Made by a program: the position numbers and the translations under genes
Source of the DNA: Roseovarius sp.
GTDB lineage: Bacteria; Pseudomonadota; Alphaproteobacteria; Rhodobacterales; Rhodobacteraceae
Direction of reading: 5' to 3'
NCBI GenBank assembly: GCA_965227185.1
Contig: OZ245733.1
Coordinates: 3,594,074 to 3,658,073 of the forward strand
DNA: 64,000 nucleotides
Notes under the pieces: generated by a model
The model's database searches: none
What the model saw: the letters and a program-made list of their open reading frames with translations, nothing else
Told to the model about the DNA's origin: nothing
Shown here: positions 19,428 to 29,589 of the stretch, piece by piece
Numbering within the stretch: position 1 is the stretch's first letter
Layout: each line of letters starts with the position of its first letter

Positions 19428-19496
19428 GAAAAAGGAAAAGAGACCCGATAGGTCTCTTTCCCAATTCTCCCTGCCGGACTGGCCGACTTATCTATT
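19428..19496 (-). ncRNA. Candidate ~70-nt sRNA or attenuating leader upstream of ialB
   Basis: Lies between a TTGACG-N17-TAGCGT promoter and a terminator-like hairpin AAAGAGACC-TATCG-GGTCTCTTT followed by TCCTTTTT. Confidence 0.5.
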
Positions 19497-19502
19497 GAGG
19501 CG

Positions 19503-19531
19503 ACGCTAGGACAGTTCCGACGAGCCGTCAA
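19503..19531 (-). promoter_or_regulatory. Sigma70-type promoter
   Basis: Minus strand TTGACG (19531-19526), 17-nt spacer, TAGCGT (19508-19503). Confidence 0.65.
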
Positions 19532-19631
19532 CAGGCAATCATCAAAAAAACTTATCGAGCCATTTCAAGAGCATGCCCGCTAAGGTTGTGCCCGCGCCAG
19601 CCGCCCGCCCCCCGCCGCGGCGACCCCGGAC

Positions 19632-19730
19632 AAAAAAGGGCCGCACCCGAAGGCGCGGCCAGTCTGACAGGGAGGAAGTCGCCCCGGACCAAGAGGACAC
19701 GAGGCCCGGGACGAGATAAACACTGGCAGA
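19632..19730 (-). ncRNA. Candidate suhB/alpha-r8 (MmgR)-like small RNA; 5' end approximate
   Basis: Minus strand CCUCUUGG...UUCCUCCCU-GUC-AGACU-GGCCGCGCC-UUCG-GGUGCGGCC-CUUUUUU. The terminator has no minus-strand gene to serve. Confidence 0.6.
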
Positions 19731-19787
19731 CAATCCTTAATTTTGTATGTTCGCATCGTGAAAAAACTTGGACAAAGGGGCAGGGGC

Positions 19788-21329
19788 TTGGAAAACAAGG
19801 TGTTCGTGGGTGGCGGCGGGGTCGATTACGCCGTGAAACAGGGGCTCAGCCTAGAATACGCCAACCGCCACGGGCTCATCGCCGGGGCCACGGGCACCGG
19901 CAAGACCGTCACGCTGCAGATCCTGGCCGAAGGCTTCTCCGCCGCCGGTGTTCCTGTGTTCCTGTCGGACGTGAAGGGCGACCTTTCGGGTCTCGCCGCC
20001 GCCGGATCGGCGGATTTCAAACTGCACGAGGCCTTCATGAGCCGCGCCGAGACCATCGGCTTTACCGACTACACCTATGACAGTTTCCCCGTCACTTTCT
20101 GGGACCTTTTCGGCGAACAGGGCCACCCCGTCCGTGCCACCGTGGCCGAGATGGGGCCGCTGCTGCTGTCGCGCCTGATGCAACTGACCGACGCGCAGGA
20201 AGGGGTGATGAACATCGCCTTCCGCGTTGCCGACGAACAGGGCCTGCCTTTGCTTGATCTCAAGGATCTTCAGGCCCTTCTGGTCTGGGTGGGCGAGAAC
20301 AGCAGCGAGCTTTCCCTGCGCTACGGCAACGTCTCGCGGCAATCCGTCGGCGCGATCCAGCGCTCGCTGCTGGTGCTGGAAAACCAGGGCGGGGCACAGT
20401 TCTTCGCCGAACCCGCGCTGGAACTCGCGGACCTAATGACCACCGCCGCCGACGGTCGGGGCCAGATCAACATCCTCGCCGCCGACAAGCTGATGGGCGC
20501 CCCGCGCCTTTACGCCACCTTCCTTCTGTGGCTTCTCAGCGAGTTGTTCGAGACGCTCCCCGAGGTCGGCGATCCCGACAAGCCCAAGCTGGTCTTCTTC
20601 TTCGACGAGGCGCATCTGCTGTTCGAGGACGCGCCCAAGGCGCTCATCGACAAGGTCGAGCAGGTCGCCCGCCTGATCCGCTCCAAGGGGGTCGGCGTCT
20701 ATTTCATCACCCAGAACCCCGATGACGTGCCCGAAGATATCCTCGGCCAGCTCGGCAACCGGGTGCAGCACGCGCTACGCGCCTTCACCGCCCGCGACCG
20801 CAAGGCGCTGGAACGCGCCGCCGAGACCTATCGCCCCAACGACCGCTTCGACACCGCCGACGCCATCCGCGATGTGGGCACCGGCGAGGCGGTGACCTCC
20901 ATGCTGCAGGACAAGGGCGTGCCCGGCATCGTCGAACGCACCCTCATCCGGCCGCCATCCTCGCGCCTGGGTCCGATCGACGCCGCAGCCCGCGCGGGCG
21001 TGATTGCCGCGTCGCCCGTGGCGGGCAAGTACGAAACCGTCCTCGACCGTGACTCCGCCTACGAGATCCTTGCAAAACGCGCCGAGACGGCCGCGCAAGA
21101 GGCCGAAGAGGCCGAAGCCGCCGCAGAGGAAAAGTCAGCCGCCGAACGCGAATTCAACGCCGGCCGCCGCTACTCCGGCTCCCGCGTCGATCGCTCGTCC
21201 TCACGCAGCCGCAGGAAAAGCGACAGTATCGGCGGTGCCGTGATGAACGCCGTGGTCAAGGAACTGGGCGGCACCACCGGACGCCGGATCGTGCGCGGCA
21301 TTCTGGGTGGTCTCTTCAAGGGCAGGTAG
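19788..21329 (+). CDS. HerA/FtsK-like ATPase, DUF853 (YjgR) family
   Basis: [45 protein letters not shown] start inferred. Confidence 0.92.
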   Translation: MENKVFVGGGGVDYAVKQGLSLEYANRHGLIAGATGTGKTVTLQILAEGFSAAGVPVFLSDVKGDLSGLAAAGSADFKLHEAFMSRAETIGFTDYTYDSFPVTFWDLFGEQGHPVRATVAEMGPLLLSRLMQLTDAQEGVMNIAFRVADEQGLPLLDLKDLQALLVWVGENSSELSLRYGNVSRQSVGAIQRSLLVLENQGGAQFFAEPALELADLMTTAADGRGQINILAADKLMGAPRLYATFLLWLLSELFETLPEVGDPDKPKLVFFFDEAHLLFEDAPKALIDKVEQVARLIRSKGVGVYFITQNPDDVPEDILGQLGNRVQHALRAFTARDRKALERAAETYRPNDRFDTADAIRDVGTGEAVTSMLQDKGVPGIVERTLIRPPSSRLGPIDAAARAGVIAASPVAGKYETVLDRDSAYEILAKRAETAAQEAEEAEAAAEEKSAAEREFNAGRRYSGSRVDRSSSRSRRKSDSIGGAVMNAVVKELGGTTGRRIVRGILGGLFKGR

Positions 21330-21475
21330 CCATCACCGGCCGGGTACGTCACGCGGCGCGCCGGCCGGATCCACGGCCGCAGAAGATCCCGGACCATGTC
21401 CGGGATGCGGCTCGCGTTAACCCACTGTTTACGGCTTTGGCGCACGGTCTGTTAAATTCCGGGCGCCGTAACTTG

Positions 21476-21546
21476 GCACCGTCGCGATACCGTAGGAATA
21501 CCGACGCGATACCGACGCGGTTTTCGCGGTTCTGCTGCCGTTAACC
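21476..21546 (+). repeat. ~72-bp dispersed intergenic element with 11-bp periodicity, copy A
   Basis: Shares an exact 20-mer (AATACCGACGCGATACCGAC) and flanks with the reverse complement of 33622-33694. Confidence 0.85.
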
Positions 21547-21556
21547 TTCGAGTCGC

Positions 21557-22528
21557 CTAGCGCCCGATCCGTTCCAGGTCGGCCAACAGCGCCTCAGACA
21601 TTTGCCGCGCCCGGCGCACCCGGCTTTGCGACAGGTTCCGCGTCTCAGCCCGCAACAGCGCCTCCACCGCGATAAAGAAGGGCAGGGTCACTTCCCTCTC
21701 TTCCGCCGACAGCCGGAACGCGTCGCAAAATGCGATAAAGCCCTGCCTGTCCACACCAAGGCAGGCCTCGCCCGACGGGATCATCGCGCGACGGCCCATA
21801 TGCATCAGGAACCGTGCCATATCCTTGTAGATTGGCGCCGGACGCGATCCGCCACAGTCAATCCCGGTCACCATATTCTCGTTCACGATCAAGTTGTTGG
21901 GGTGAAAATCCCCATGCGACACGGCAAACCGCCACTGGCTGTCATCCAACAGCGCCACCAGGCGCTGGATTTCCTTCAGGATCGGCTTTTCCACTTGTTT
22001 CAACCGGTTGAACGCCTGCGTCTGCGCCGCCCGCTCGGCCCGCTTGGCCCATCCCGCGGGCTGGGCGGCGGCCTCGGTTTCGGTGCATTCCGTATAAGCC
22101 CGCAACCAACGCGCCGCCGGCTCCAGGTACCGCGCCCGCTCAGCCTCCGGCGCGCCGTAGATCCATTGCAGCAAGGGCGTTCCCTCGATCTCCGAAACGA
22201 CCATGATCCCGGCCTCGGGCGCAAATCCCAGCGGTGCACAGACCCGCAATTCTCCCTCGCGCATCTTCGGCCAGATCCGGCACAACTCGTTCCAGTCCCG
22301 CGTGCAGTCCTCGACCCGGTCGAGATAGAGCCGGAACACTGCCGGCTGCCCCCCGATCCGGCCGCGCAACACGACCCGCTTACCCGCGACCTCTCGGATG
22401 AGGTTCGTCACCTGAGCCGTTGAAAAGGCGTCATCTTCCGCCGTCGCAGCGTCCAGCCGACGGGTCACGATTCCGGACAAGTTGGAGTCGGCCACAGCTG
22501 CAGCATCGGACGTGGAAAATGGCTTCAT
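21557..22528 (-). CDS. Aminoglycoside-phosphotransferase/choline-kinase-like (APH superfamily) protein
   Basis: Brenner motif HGDFHPNN, downstream DCG, YKDMARFL. Confidence 0.8.
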   Translation of the reverse strand: MKPFSTSDAAAVADSNLSGIVTRRLDAATAEDDAFSTAQVTNLIREVAGKRVVLRGRIGGQPAVFRLYLDRVEDCTRDWNELCRIWPKMREGELRVCAPLGFAPEAGIMVVSEIEGTPLLQWIYGAPEAERARYLEPAARWLRAYTECTETEAAAQPAGWAKRAERAAQTQAFNRLKQVEKPILKEIQRLVALLDDSQWRFAVSHGDFHPNNLIVNENMVTGIDCGGSRPAPIYKDMARFLMHMGRRAMIPSGEACLGVDRQGFIAFCDAFRLSAEEREVTLPFFIAVEALLRAETRNLSQSRVRRARQMSEALLADLERIGR

Positions 22529-22631
22529 GGCCGGTATCCTTTCCCATGGCCCCCGGGGCGTCAACCGAATTGAAGCCCGCGCCTCGCACCGCTATGGTGC
22601 CTGTTGAAAACCCATGCAAGAGGCCGCTGAA

Positions 22632-22874
22632 ATGGACGACGACACGATCAACACCATGTCTTTCGAGCAGGCGATGAAGGCGCTTGAGGACGTCGTCACC
22701 CGGCTGGAACGCGGCGACGTTCCACTAGACGAATCCATCGCCCTGTACGAGCAGGGGGCCAAGCTGAAAAAACGCTGTGAAACCAAGCTGAAAGAAGCCG
22801 AAGAGAAAGTCGCGGCGATCACGCTCGACGGCGAGGGCACGCCCAAGGGTACCACCCCGGTCGAGGGGCTCTGA
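22632..22874 (+). CDS. xseB: Exodeoxyribonuclease VII small subunit
   Basis: SFEQAMKALE..V..LE.G.VPLDESIALYEQG; first gene of the xseB-ispA-dxs operon. Confidence 0.95.
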   Translation: MDDDTINTMSFEQAMKALEDVVTRLERGDVPLDESIALYEQGAKLKKRCETKLKEAEEKVAAITLDGEGTPKGTTPVEGL

Positions 22875-23737
22875 TGCTTCAGTCCGCGCTCGCGGCGGAC
22901 GCGGCGGCCATCCGGACCTGCCTAGAGGCACAGATCACCGGCGATCTCCCCCTGCACGCCGCCATGCGCCACGCGCTCTTCGGGGGCAAGGCCCTGCGCG
23001 GCTTTCTGGTGATGGAAACGGCCCGTTTGCACGATGTTAACCCTTCGCGGGCAGTCTTTCCCGCATCCGGGATCGAGGCGATGCACGCCTATAGCTTGGT
23101 GCATGACGATCTGCCCTGCATGGATGACGACGATCTGCGCCGCGGGCAGCCAACCGTGCACGTCAAATGGGACGAAGGCACCGCCGTTCTTGTGGGCGAC
23201 GCATTGCAATCGCTGGCGTTCGAACTAGCGGCCCATCCTGACGGCGCCGACACGACCGAGGCCCGCGCCGAGCTTGCGCTGACCCTGGCGCGTGCAGCGG
23301 GAAAGGACGGCATGGTGTTGGGTCAGGCCCTTGATATCGCGGCGGAAACAGCGCCAGACCCGTTGACGTTGGAGCAAATCATCGCGCTGCAGGATGGAAA
23401 GACCGGCGCGCTTTTCGGCTGGGCCGCCAGCGCAGGCGCGGTCATGGCGCGCGCCGACATCGCGCCGCTCGCCGCCTATGCCAAAGCGCTTGGGCTTGCA
23501 TTCCAGATTCAGGACGACGTCATTGACGAGACGGGGGATGCCGCCGCCGTGGGCAAGGCGGTGGGCAAGGATGCCGCCGCCGGCAAGGCCACATTCGTGT
23601 CGCTTCTCGGGCTCGAAGGGGCGCGACGGCGCGCCGCTGCCCTTGTTGACACCGCCTGTGACAGCTTATCTCTTTACGGAGAAGGGGCCGACCGCTTGCG
23701 CGAGTTGGCCCGCTTCGTTATCTCGCGGCAAAGCTAG
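22874..23737 (+). CDS. ispA: Farnesyl/geranyl diphosphate synthase
   Basis: [27 protein letters not shown]. Confidence 0.95.
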   Translation: MLQSALAADAAAIRTCLEAQITGDLPLHAAMRHALFGGKALRGFLVMETARLHDVNPSRAVFPASGIEAMHAYSLVHDDLPCMDDDDLRRGQPTVHVKWDEGTAVLVGDALQSLAFELAAHPDGADTTEARAELALTLARAAGKDGMVLGQALDIAAETAPDPLTLEQIIALQDGKTGALFGWAASAGAVMARADIAPLAAYAKALGLAFQIQDDVIDETGDAAAVGKAVGKDAAAGKATFVSLLGLEGARRRAAALVDTACDSLSLYGEGADRLRELARFVISRQS

Positions 23738-23781
23738 CCGCCCGGCCCCGGCCGGCAGCCAAATTCAAGGAGCGGCGACGC

Positions 23782-25707
23782 GTGACACGCCCCCAGACCC
23801 CCTTGCTGGACACAGTGTCCAGCCCCGCCGAGCTCAAGCGTTTCTCCGATTTGGAGCTGCGTCAACTGGCCGACGAACTGCGCAGCGAGACCATCTCGGC
23901 CGTGTCGGAAACCGGCGGGCATCTGGGCGCGGGCCTCGGCGTGATCGAACTGACCGTCGCGCTGCACCATGTCTTCGACGCGCCACGCGACAAGATCATC
24001 TGGGACGTGAGCCACCAGTGCTATCCGCACAAGATCCTGACCAGACGCCGTGACCGTATCCGCACCATCCGCCAGGAAGGCGGCCTCAGTGGCTTTACCA
24101 AGCGCTCCGAGAGCCCCTATGACCCCTTCGGCGCCGCGCACAGTTCCACCTCGATCTCCGCGGCCCTTGGCTTTGCCGCAGCGCGTGATCTCGGCGGCGC
24201 CAGCGACACCGGCCATGGCGATGCCATCGCGGTGATCGGCGACGGGGCGATGTCTGCGGGCATGGCCTTTGAGGCGATGAACCACGCGGGCCACCTGAAC
24301 AAGCGTCTGATCGTGATCCTAAACGATAACGAGATGTCCATCGCGCCCCCCGTGGGGGCGCTGTCGTCCTACCTGTCGCGGCTTTATGCGGGCGAGCCGT
24401 TCCAGGAATTCAAGGCCGCCGCGAAAGGCGCGGTGTCACTGCTGCCCGAGCCGTTCCAGATGGGCGCGAAGCGGGCCAAGGAGGTGCTCAAGGGCATGGC
24501 CGTGGGCGGGACCCTGTTCGAACAGCTGGGATTCAGCTATCTCGGTCCGATCGACGGGCACGACATGGACCAGTTGCTGCCGGTGCTGCGCACGGTCAAG
24601 GCCCGGGCGCAGGGTCCGATCCTGATCCACATGATCACCAAGAAGGGCAAGGGTTACGCCCCCGCCGAAGGCCGGCGCGACGGGGGGCACGCGACCGCGA
24701 AATTCGACGTGGTCACGGGCGAGCAGAAGAAATCGCCCTCGAACGCGCCCAGCTATACCAAGGTCTTTGCCGAGGCGCTGCTGAAACACGCCGCCGAGGA
24801 TGACCGGATCTGCGGCGTCACCGCCGCCATGCCCGACGGCACCGGGCTGGACCTGTTCGAGAAACGCTACCCGTCACGCTGTTTTGACGTCGGAATCGCC
24901 GAGCAACACGCCGTCACCTTCTCCGCCGGGTTGGCGGCGGGCGGGATGCGGCCCTTCTGCGCGATCTATTCCACCTTCCTGCAACGTGGGTTCGACCAGG
25001 TCGTGCACGATGTTGCGATCCAACGCCTTCCGGTGCGCTTTGCGATCGACCGCGCGGGGCTGGTTGGGGCCGATGGCGCCACCCATGCGGGCAGCTTCGA
25101 CGTGGCCTTTCTTTCGAACCTGCCGGGGTTCACCGTCATGGCCGCCGCTGACGAGGCCGAACTGGTGCATATGGTTGCCACCGCCGCGGCGCATGATAGC
25201 GGGCCCATCGCGTTCCGCTATCCCCGTGGTGAAGGCGAGGGCGTCACGATGCCTGAACGCGGCGAGGTGTTGGAGATCGGCAAGGGCCGCGTGATCCGCG
25301 AAGGCTCCCGCGTTGTGATCTTGTCCTTTGGCACCCGTCTTGGTGAGGTGATGAAGGCCTGCGAGGGGCTGGGGGCGCGGGGTATCAACCCGACCGTTGC
25401 CGATGCGCGGTTCTCAAAGCCTCTGGACACCGACCTGATAAACCGTCTCGCCGCGGATCACGAGGCGCTGATCACGATCGAAGAGGGCGCCATCGGCGGG
25501 TTTGGCAGCCACGTGGCGCACCACCTCGCCGAGCAGGGTGTGTTCGACGAAGGCTTGCGGTTCCGCTCGATGGTCTTGCCGGACATCTTCATTGATCAGG
25601 CGAGCCCCGCCGACATGTACGCCGTGGCCGGGCTCAATGCCGCGCAGATCGAGGCGAAGGTGCTGGATGTGCTTGGGGTTGGCCAGATCGCGGGAAAACG
25701 GGCCTGA
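23782..25707 (+). CDS. dxs: 1-deoxy-D-xylulose-5-phosphate synthase
   Basis: [24 protein letters not shown]..., [10 protein letters not shown]. Confidence 0.98.
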   Translation: MTRPQTPLLDTVSSPAELKRFSDLELRQLADELRSETISAVSETGGHLGAGLGVIELTVALHHVFDAPRDKIIWDVSHQCYPHKILTRRRDRIRTIRQEGGLSGFTKRSESPYDPFGAAHSSTSISAALGFAAARDLGGASDTGHGDAIAVIGDGAMSAGMAFEAMNHAGHLNKRLIVILNDNEMSIAPPVGALSSYLSRLYAGEPFQEFKAAAKGAVSLLPEPFQMGAKRAKEVLKGMAVGGTLFEQLGFSYLGPIDGHDMDQLLPVLRTVKARAQGPILIHMITKKGKGYAPAEGRRDGGHATAKFDVVTGEQKKSPSNAPSYTKVFAEALLKHAAEDDRICGVTAAMPDGTGLDLFEKRYPSRCFDVGIAEQHAVTFSAGLAAGGMRPFCAIYSTFLQRGFDQVVHDVAIQRLPVRFAIDRAGLVGADGATHAGSFDVAFLSNLPGFTVMAAADEAELVHMVATAAAHDSGPIAFRYPRGEGEGVTMPERGEVLEIGKGRVIREGSRVVILSFGTRLGEVMKACEGLGARGINPTVADARFSKPLDTDLINRLAADHEALITIEEGAIGGFGSHVAHHLAEQGVFDEGLRFRSMVLPDIFIDQASPADMYAVAGLNAAQIEAKVLDVLGVGQIAGKRA

Positions 25708-25761
25708 GCAGCCTAAACTGGTTCTGCGTGCCGGATGGCCCGCAGTTGCGGGCGCGTCCGC

Positions 25762-25947
25762 TCATTTATCTTCGGCGGACTTGACCGAGATGCCTTGCTC
25801 TAGCGCCGACGCCAGATTGTCGACCCCGCCCTGGGCGGTTTGCAGTGCGCCAAGGCAAAGCCAAGTGATGGCCGCGGCCAGCACGACCCAGTCCACGGTC
25901 ACGACGCCGTCTTCTACGGCCTTGAAATTTCGAAGTGCGGAAAACAT
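25762..25947 (-). CDS. Flp/Tad (type IVc) pilin-like protein, 61 aa
   Basis: Short leader with F, EDG|VVTVDWVVL cleavage motif, hydrophobic helix; AGGA RBS. Confidence 0.8.
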   Translation of the reverse strand: MFSALRNFKAVEDGVVTVDWVVLAAAITWLCLGALQTAQGGVDNLASALEQGISVKSAEDK

Positions 25948-26011
25948 GGCAGTGTCTTTCCTAGTTGGTTGCGGAGCCGGTGCCCTTGGCGTTGCCGGCG
26001 AAAGTTAAGGT

Positions 26012-26203
26012 TCAGGGGTCAACACCCTCGACTGTCTTCGTTTCGACCGTCGTTTTGATCGAGTCGGCAAGGCCAAAGGTGCCGTCCCGGGCCGTGCCAA
26101 CCGCCAGGCATCCAAGGCAGATCAAGCTGAACCCCAAAACGATCCAGTCAACGCTCACCACGCCGGTGTCGTCGTTCAGAAAGTTTCTCAGGTGGTTCAG
26201 CAT
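26012..26203 (-). CDS. Flp/Tad (type IVc) pilin-like protein, 63 aa
   Basis: NFLNDDTG|VVSVDWIVL cleavage motif plus hydrophobic helix; paralog of the adjacent gene. Confidence 0.8.
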   Translation of the reverse strand: MLNHLRNFLNDDTGVVSVDWIVLGFSLICLGCLAVGTARDGTFGLADSIKTTVETKTVEGVDP

Positions 26204-26756
26204 TCGTATTCGGGCCCTGGGTATTGTCTCTGTCTTTCAATGTTGCCGCGTTTCGAAAGCAGCTTCGGCACGCATCAACGAGAATGAAGGTGGGTCTGAA
26301 ATAGGGCGGAAATGTGGCAAATGGGGCAAAAGCGGGATGTTAACCTTTTCTGGGGCCGGATTTATGCCCTTATCTGAAATGTAGAGATTTCAATGGAGCC
26401 GCATTTCGAAAACCGTTGAATGGAGAGAAACGGTCATACATGTTCGGAAACCGAAAATGCCCTTTGATTGCCGCATTGCACGAATCAATTTTAACAAATT
26501 TTGCGTCGTCCGCGGAAATGCTCAGTCTGACGGGGTAGGCGTAGCGCCCTTGAAAAAAGGCCTTTGTGCGGAACTAGGCCATACGCACCGCGACGCAAAC
26601 GCCGAAAGTGAGCAGGACTGTGACGGCCCGCGCCTTATTTTGACCGGATTTCAGCGGGGAGCCGCAATAAACGCGTTCATGCAGTTCTACACCCGGCCCG
26701 CGTTTCGCGAATTCTGACGCACAGAGGGCAGGGCGGTTACACCCGAGGCGCGCGAA

Positions 26757-27764
26757 CTAGACCGATAGCCGTGCCGCCTGGCTGCCACGCTCGCGGTAGG
26801 GCGTGGTGTTGTAATGCGAGCGGTAGCATTTCGAGAAATGCGACGGAGAGGCAAACCCACAGGCCAGTGCCACGTTGATCACCGTCATGTCGGTCTGCAT
26901 CAAGAGGTTGCGGGCCTTTTGCAGGCGCAGTTCCATGTAATAGCGTTTGGGCGAGCGGTTCAGGTAGCGCCGGAACAGCCGCTCAAGCTGCCGCGTGGAC
27001 ATGGCCACCTGCTTGGCCAATATCGCCGGGCTGATCGGTTCCTCGATATTGCTCTCCATCATCTGGATGACCTGGCTCAGCTTGGGATGGCGCACGCCGA
27101 TCCGCGTGGGCACCGAAAGGCGCTGCGTGTCCTGGTCGGTGCGGATCGAGGAATAGATCATCTGGTCGGCGACCGCATTGGCCAACTGCTCGCCATGGTC
27201 GTCCGCGATGAGTTTCAGCATCAGGTCGATGGATGAGGTGCCACCGGCCGTAGACATGCGGTTGCCGTCGACCACGAAGACGGACTTCGTCAGTTCCACC
27301 TCGTCAAATTCCTCGGTAAAGCTGTCGTGGTTTTCCCAGTGGATCGTCGCGCGCTTGCCATCCAGCAGACCTGCCTTGGCCATGATATAGGATGCGGTGC
27401 AAAGCCCGCCGATCCGCGGACCCCGGCGCGCTTCGCGGCGCAGCCAGTTAAGCATTTTCTTGGTGGCGGCTGTCTGGATGTTGGCGCCGCCACACAAAAG
27501 GACGACGTCCTCGCGGCGCAACTCCTCAAGCCCCATATCGACCTTGAACCGCGATCCGGCCGAGCATGATACGGTTTCTTCATCGTCGGAGTCGCCCGAC
27601 ATAACCCATTCGTACAGGGTCTCGCCGGCCATGCGATTGGCGATACGCAAACAATCAAGCGCTGAGGCAAAGCTCAGCAGCGAGAAATTCTCCAGCAATA
27701 CGAAAACGAAACGTTTCGGCCCGGACGTGGGGCCAGCGCTTGCTCTGTTCGCTTCCGTGCGCAT
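26757..27764 (-). CDS. GlxA/GbdR-type AraC regulator with DJ-1/PfpI-like domain
   Basis: FSLLSFASA, GGLCTASY, ATIHWEN, MSTRQLERLF, CGFASPSHFSKCYR. Confidence 0.93.
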   Translation of the reverse strand: MRTEANRASAGPTSGPKRFVFVLLENFSLLSFASALDCLRIANRMAGETLYEWVMSGDSDDEETVSCSAGSRFKVDMGLEELRREDVVLLCGGANIQTAATKKMLNWLRREARRGPRIGGLCTASYIMAKAGLLDGKRATIHWENHDSFTEEFDEVELTKSVFVVDGNRMSTAGGTSSIDLMLKLIADDHGEQLANAVADQMIYSSIRTDQDTQRLSVPTRIGVRHPKLSQVIQMMESNIEEPISPAILAKQVAMSTRQLERLFRRYLNRSPKRYYMELRLQKARNLLMQTDMTVINVALACGFASPSHFSKCYRSHYNTTPYRERGSQAARLSV

Positions 27765-27933
27765 GTTCTCCACTCCCTGCGCAATGGCCTATCGACTAGC
27801 TGTTCCACGAAAAGCGGGAGGTTGGCAAGAGCACCGGCGGTCAATTTCCGACATATTCTGTCGAACTCGTATGGTGTCGCCGGGCCTGGTTTAGTATAGA
27901 CGGGTCTCGAAATTCGATGAGCGGAGAAGAACG

Positions 27934-29304
27934 ATGAGCGATTGGCAGAAATCTGACTGGCGCAGCAAGCCGCGGATCCAAATGCCCGATTACACCGATG
28001 CAGAGGCGCTGCAAGTGGTGGAGTCGAAGCTGTCCAAGTATCCGCCTCTGGTGTTTGCCGGCGAAGCACGGCGCCTGAAAAAAGAGCTTGGCGCAGCATC
28101 GCGGGGCGAAGCGTTCCTGTTGCAGGGTGGTGATTGTGCAGAGGCGTTCGACCAATTCTCGGCCGATGCGATCCGCGACACGTTCAAGGTGATGTTGCAA
28201 ATGGCGATGGTGCTGACCTACGGCGCGAAGGTGCCGGTGATCAAGGTCGGGCGCATGGCCGGTCAGTTCGCCAAGCCGCGCTCGGCCCCGACCGAGGTGG
28301 TCGATGGCATGGAATTGCCCAGCTACCGCGGCGATATCATCAACGAGCTGGCCTTTACGCCCGAGGCGCGCATCCCGAACCCCGGAAAGATGCTGCAGGC
28401 CTACACGCAGGCGGCCGCCACGCTGAACCTGCTGCGGGCGTTTTCGACCGGGGGCTATGCTGACGTGAACCAGGTTCATGCCTGGACCCTTGGTTTTACC
28501 GACGGTGAAAAGGCAGAACGCTACCGCGAGATGGCCTCGCGCATTTCCGACACGCTGGATTTCATGCGGGCCGCCGGCGTCGATAGTTCGAGCGCGCACA
28601 CGCTGCACACGGTGGAGTTCTACACCTCGCACGAGAGCCTTCTGCTGGAATACGAAGAGGCGCTGGCGCGGGTCGACTCGACGTCTGGCAACTGGTTGGC
28701 CGGGTCGGGGCACATGCTGTGGATCGGCGACCGCACGCGGCAGCCAGACGGCGCGCATGTGGAGTTCCTGCGCGGCGTGCTGAACCCGATCGGCCTGAAA
28801 TGCGGCCCGACGATGGAAGCGGACGACCTGAAAAAGCTGATGGCGACGCTGAACCCCGACAACGAGGCCGGGCGTCTGACGCTGATCGCGCGCTTCGGTG
28901 CGGGCAAGGCGGGCGAACACCTGCCGCGTCTTATCAAGACGGTTCGCGAGGAAGGGGCCAACGTCACCTGGGTCTGCGACCCGATGCATGGCAACACGAT
29001 CAAGTCGGCCTCGGGCTACAAGACGCGGCCCTTCGACAGCGTGCTGCGCGAGGTGCAGGAATTCTTCGGCGTCCACCGGGCCGAGGGCACCATCCCGGGC
29101 GGCGTGCATTTCGAGATGACCGGACAGGACGTGACCGAGTGCACCGGGGGCGTCCGGGCGGTGACCGAAGAGGACCTGTCAGACCGCTATCATACGGCCT
29201 GCGACCCAAGGCTTAACGCCTCGCAGGCGCTTGAACTGGCCTTCCTCGTGGCGCAGGAACTGTCGGACCTGCGTGAAAGCCGGGCTGCCCAGAAAGTCGG
29301 CTGA
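27934..29304 (+). CDS. Class II DAHP synthase
   Basis: [42 protein letters not shown]. Confidence 0.96.
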   Translation: MSDWQKSDWRSKPRIQMPDYTDAEALQVVESKLSKYPPLVFAGEARRLKKELGAASRGEAFLLQGGDCAEAFDQFSADAIRDTFKVMLQMAMVLTYGAKVPVIKVGRMAGQFAKPRSAPTEVVDGMELPSYRGDIINELAFTPEARIPNPGKMLQAYTQAAATLNLLRAFSTGGYADVNQVHAWTLGFTDGEKAERYREMASRISDTLDFMRAAGVDSSSAHTLHTVEFYTSHESLLLEYEEALARVDSTSGNWLAGSGHMLWIGDRTRQPDGAHVEFLRGVLNPIGLKCGPTMEADDLKKLMATLNPDNEAGRLTLIARFGAGKAGEHLPRLIKTVREEGANVTWVCDPMHGNTIKSASGYKTRPFDSVLREVQEFFGVHRAEGTIPGGVHFEMTGQDVTECTGGVRAVTEEDLSDRYHTACDPRLNASQALELAFLVAQELSDLRESRAAQKVG

Positions 29305-29324
29305 AACGACTGAGAGACAAGGAG

Positions 29325-29354
29325 AAGGCCGGCGCGATCGCGTCGGCCTTTTTT
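29325..29354. terminator. Intrinsic terminator between DAHP synthase and the entericidin gene
   Basis: AAGGCCGGCGC-GATC-GCGTCGGCCTT-TTTT. Confidence 0.8.
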
Positions 29355-29444
29355 CGTGGAGCATGGTGAACTCGCGCGCAAAAACGCATTCGCCTTCGTG
29401 GCCGAAGACGTCAAAAGTTTCTGCCTGGCAGCGTTAGCGCGGCC

Positions 29445-29561
29445 TCAGAACCAGCTTTGCACGCCGCGCGATGCGCCGGAAATGTCCCGACCGACACCTT
29501 CGATCGTGGCACAGCCCGACAGGGCCGCGGCGATCAGCGCGAAAACAGCGATTTTCCTCAT
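29445..29561 (-). CDS. Entericidin EcnA/B-family small lipoprotein, 38 aa
   Basis: Manual translation MRKIAVFALIAAALSGCATIEGVGRDISGASRGVQSWF; lipobox LSG|C and C-x-T-x-x-G-x-G-x-D motif. Below the ORF-track length cutoff. Confidence 0.88.
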   Translation of the reverse strand: MRKIAVFALIAAALSGCATIEGVGRDISGASRGVQSWF

Positions 29562-29589
29562 GATACCTGCTCGATTTTACTGTCGTTTT

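Noticed and set aside
19542-19733. 63-aa minus-strand ORF
   Set aside because: It runs through a strong terminator and is better explained as the sRNA locus.
26457-26717. 86-aa ORF in the AT-rich gap between the flp genes and the GlxA-type regulator
   Set aside because: No RBS, atypical composition and no motif; I found no convincing structure or FNR box in this gap.
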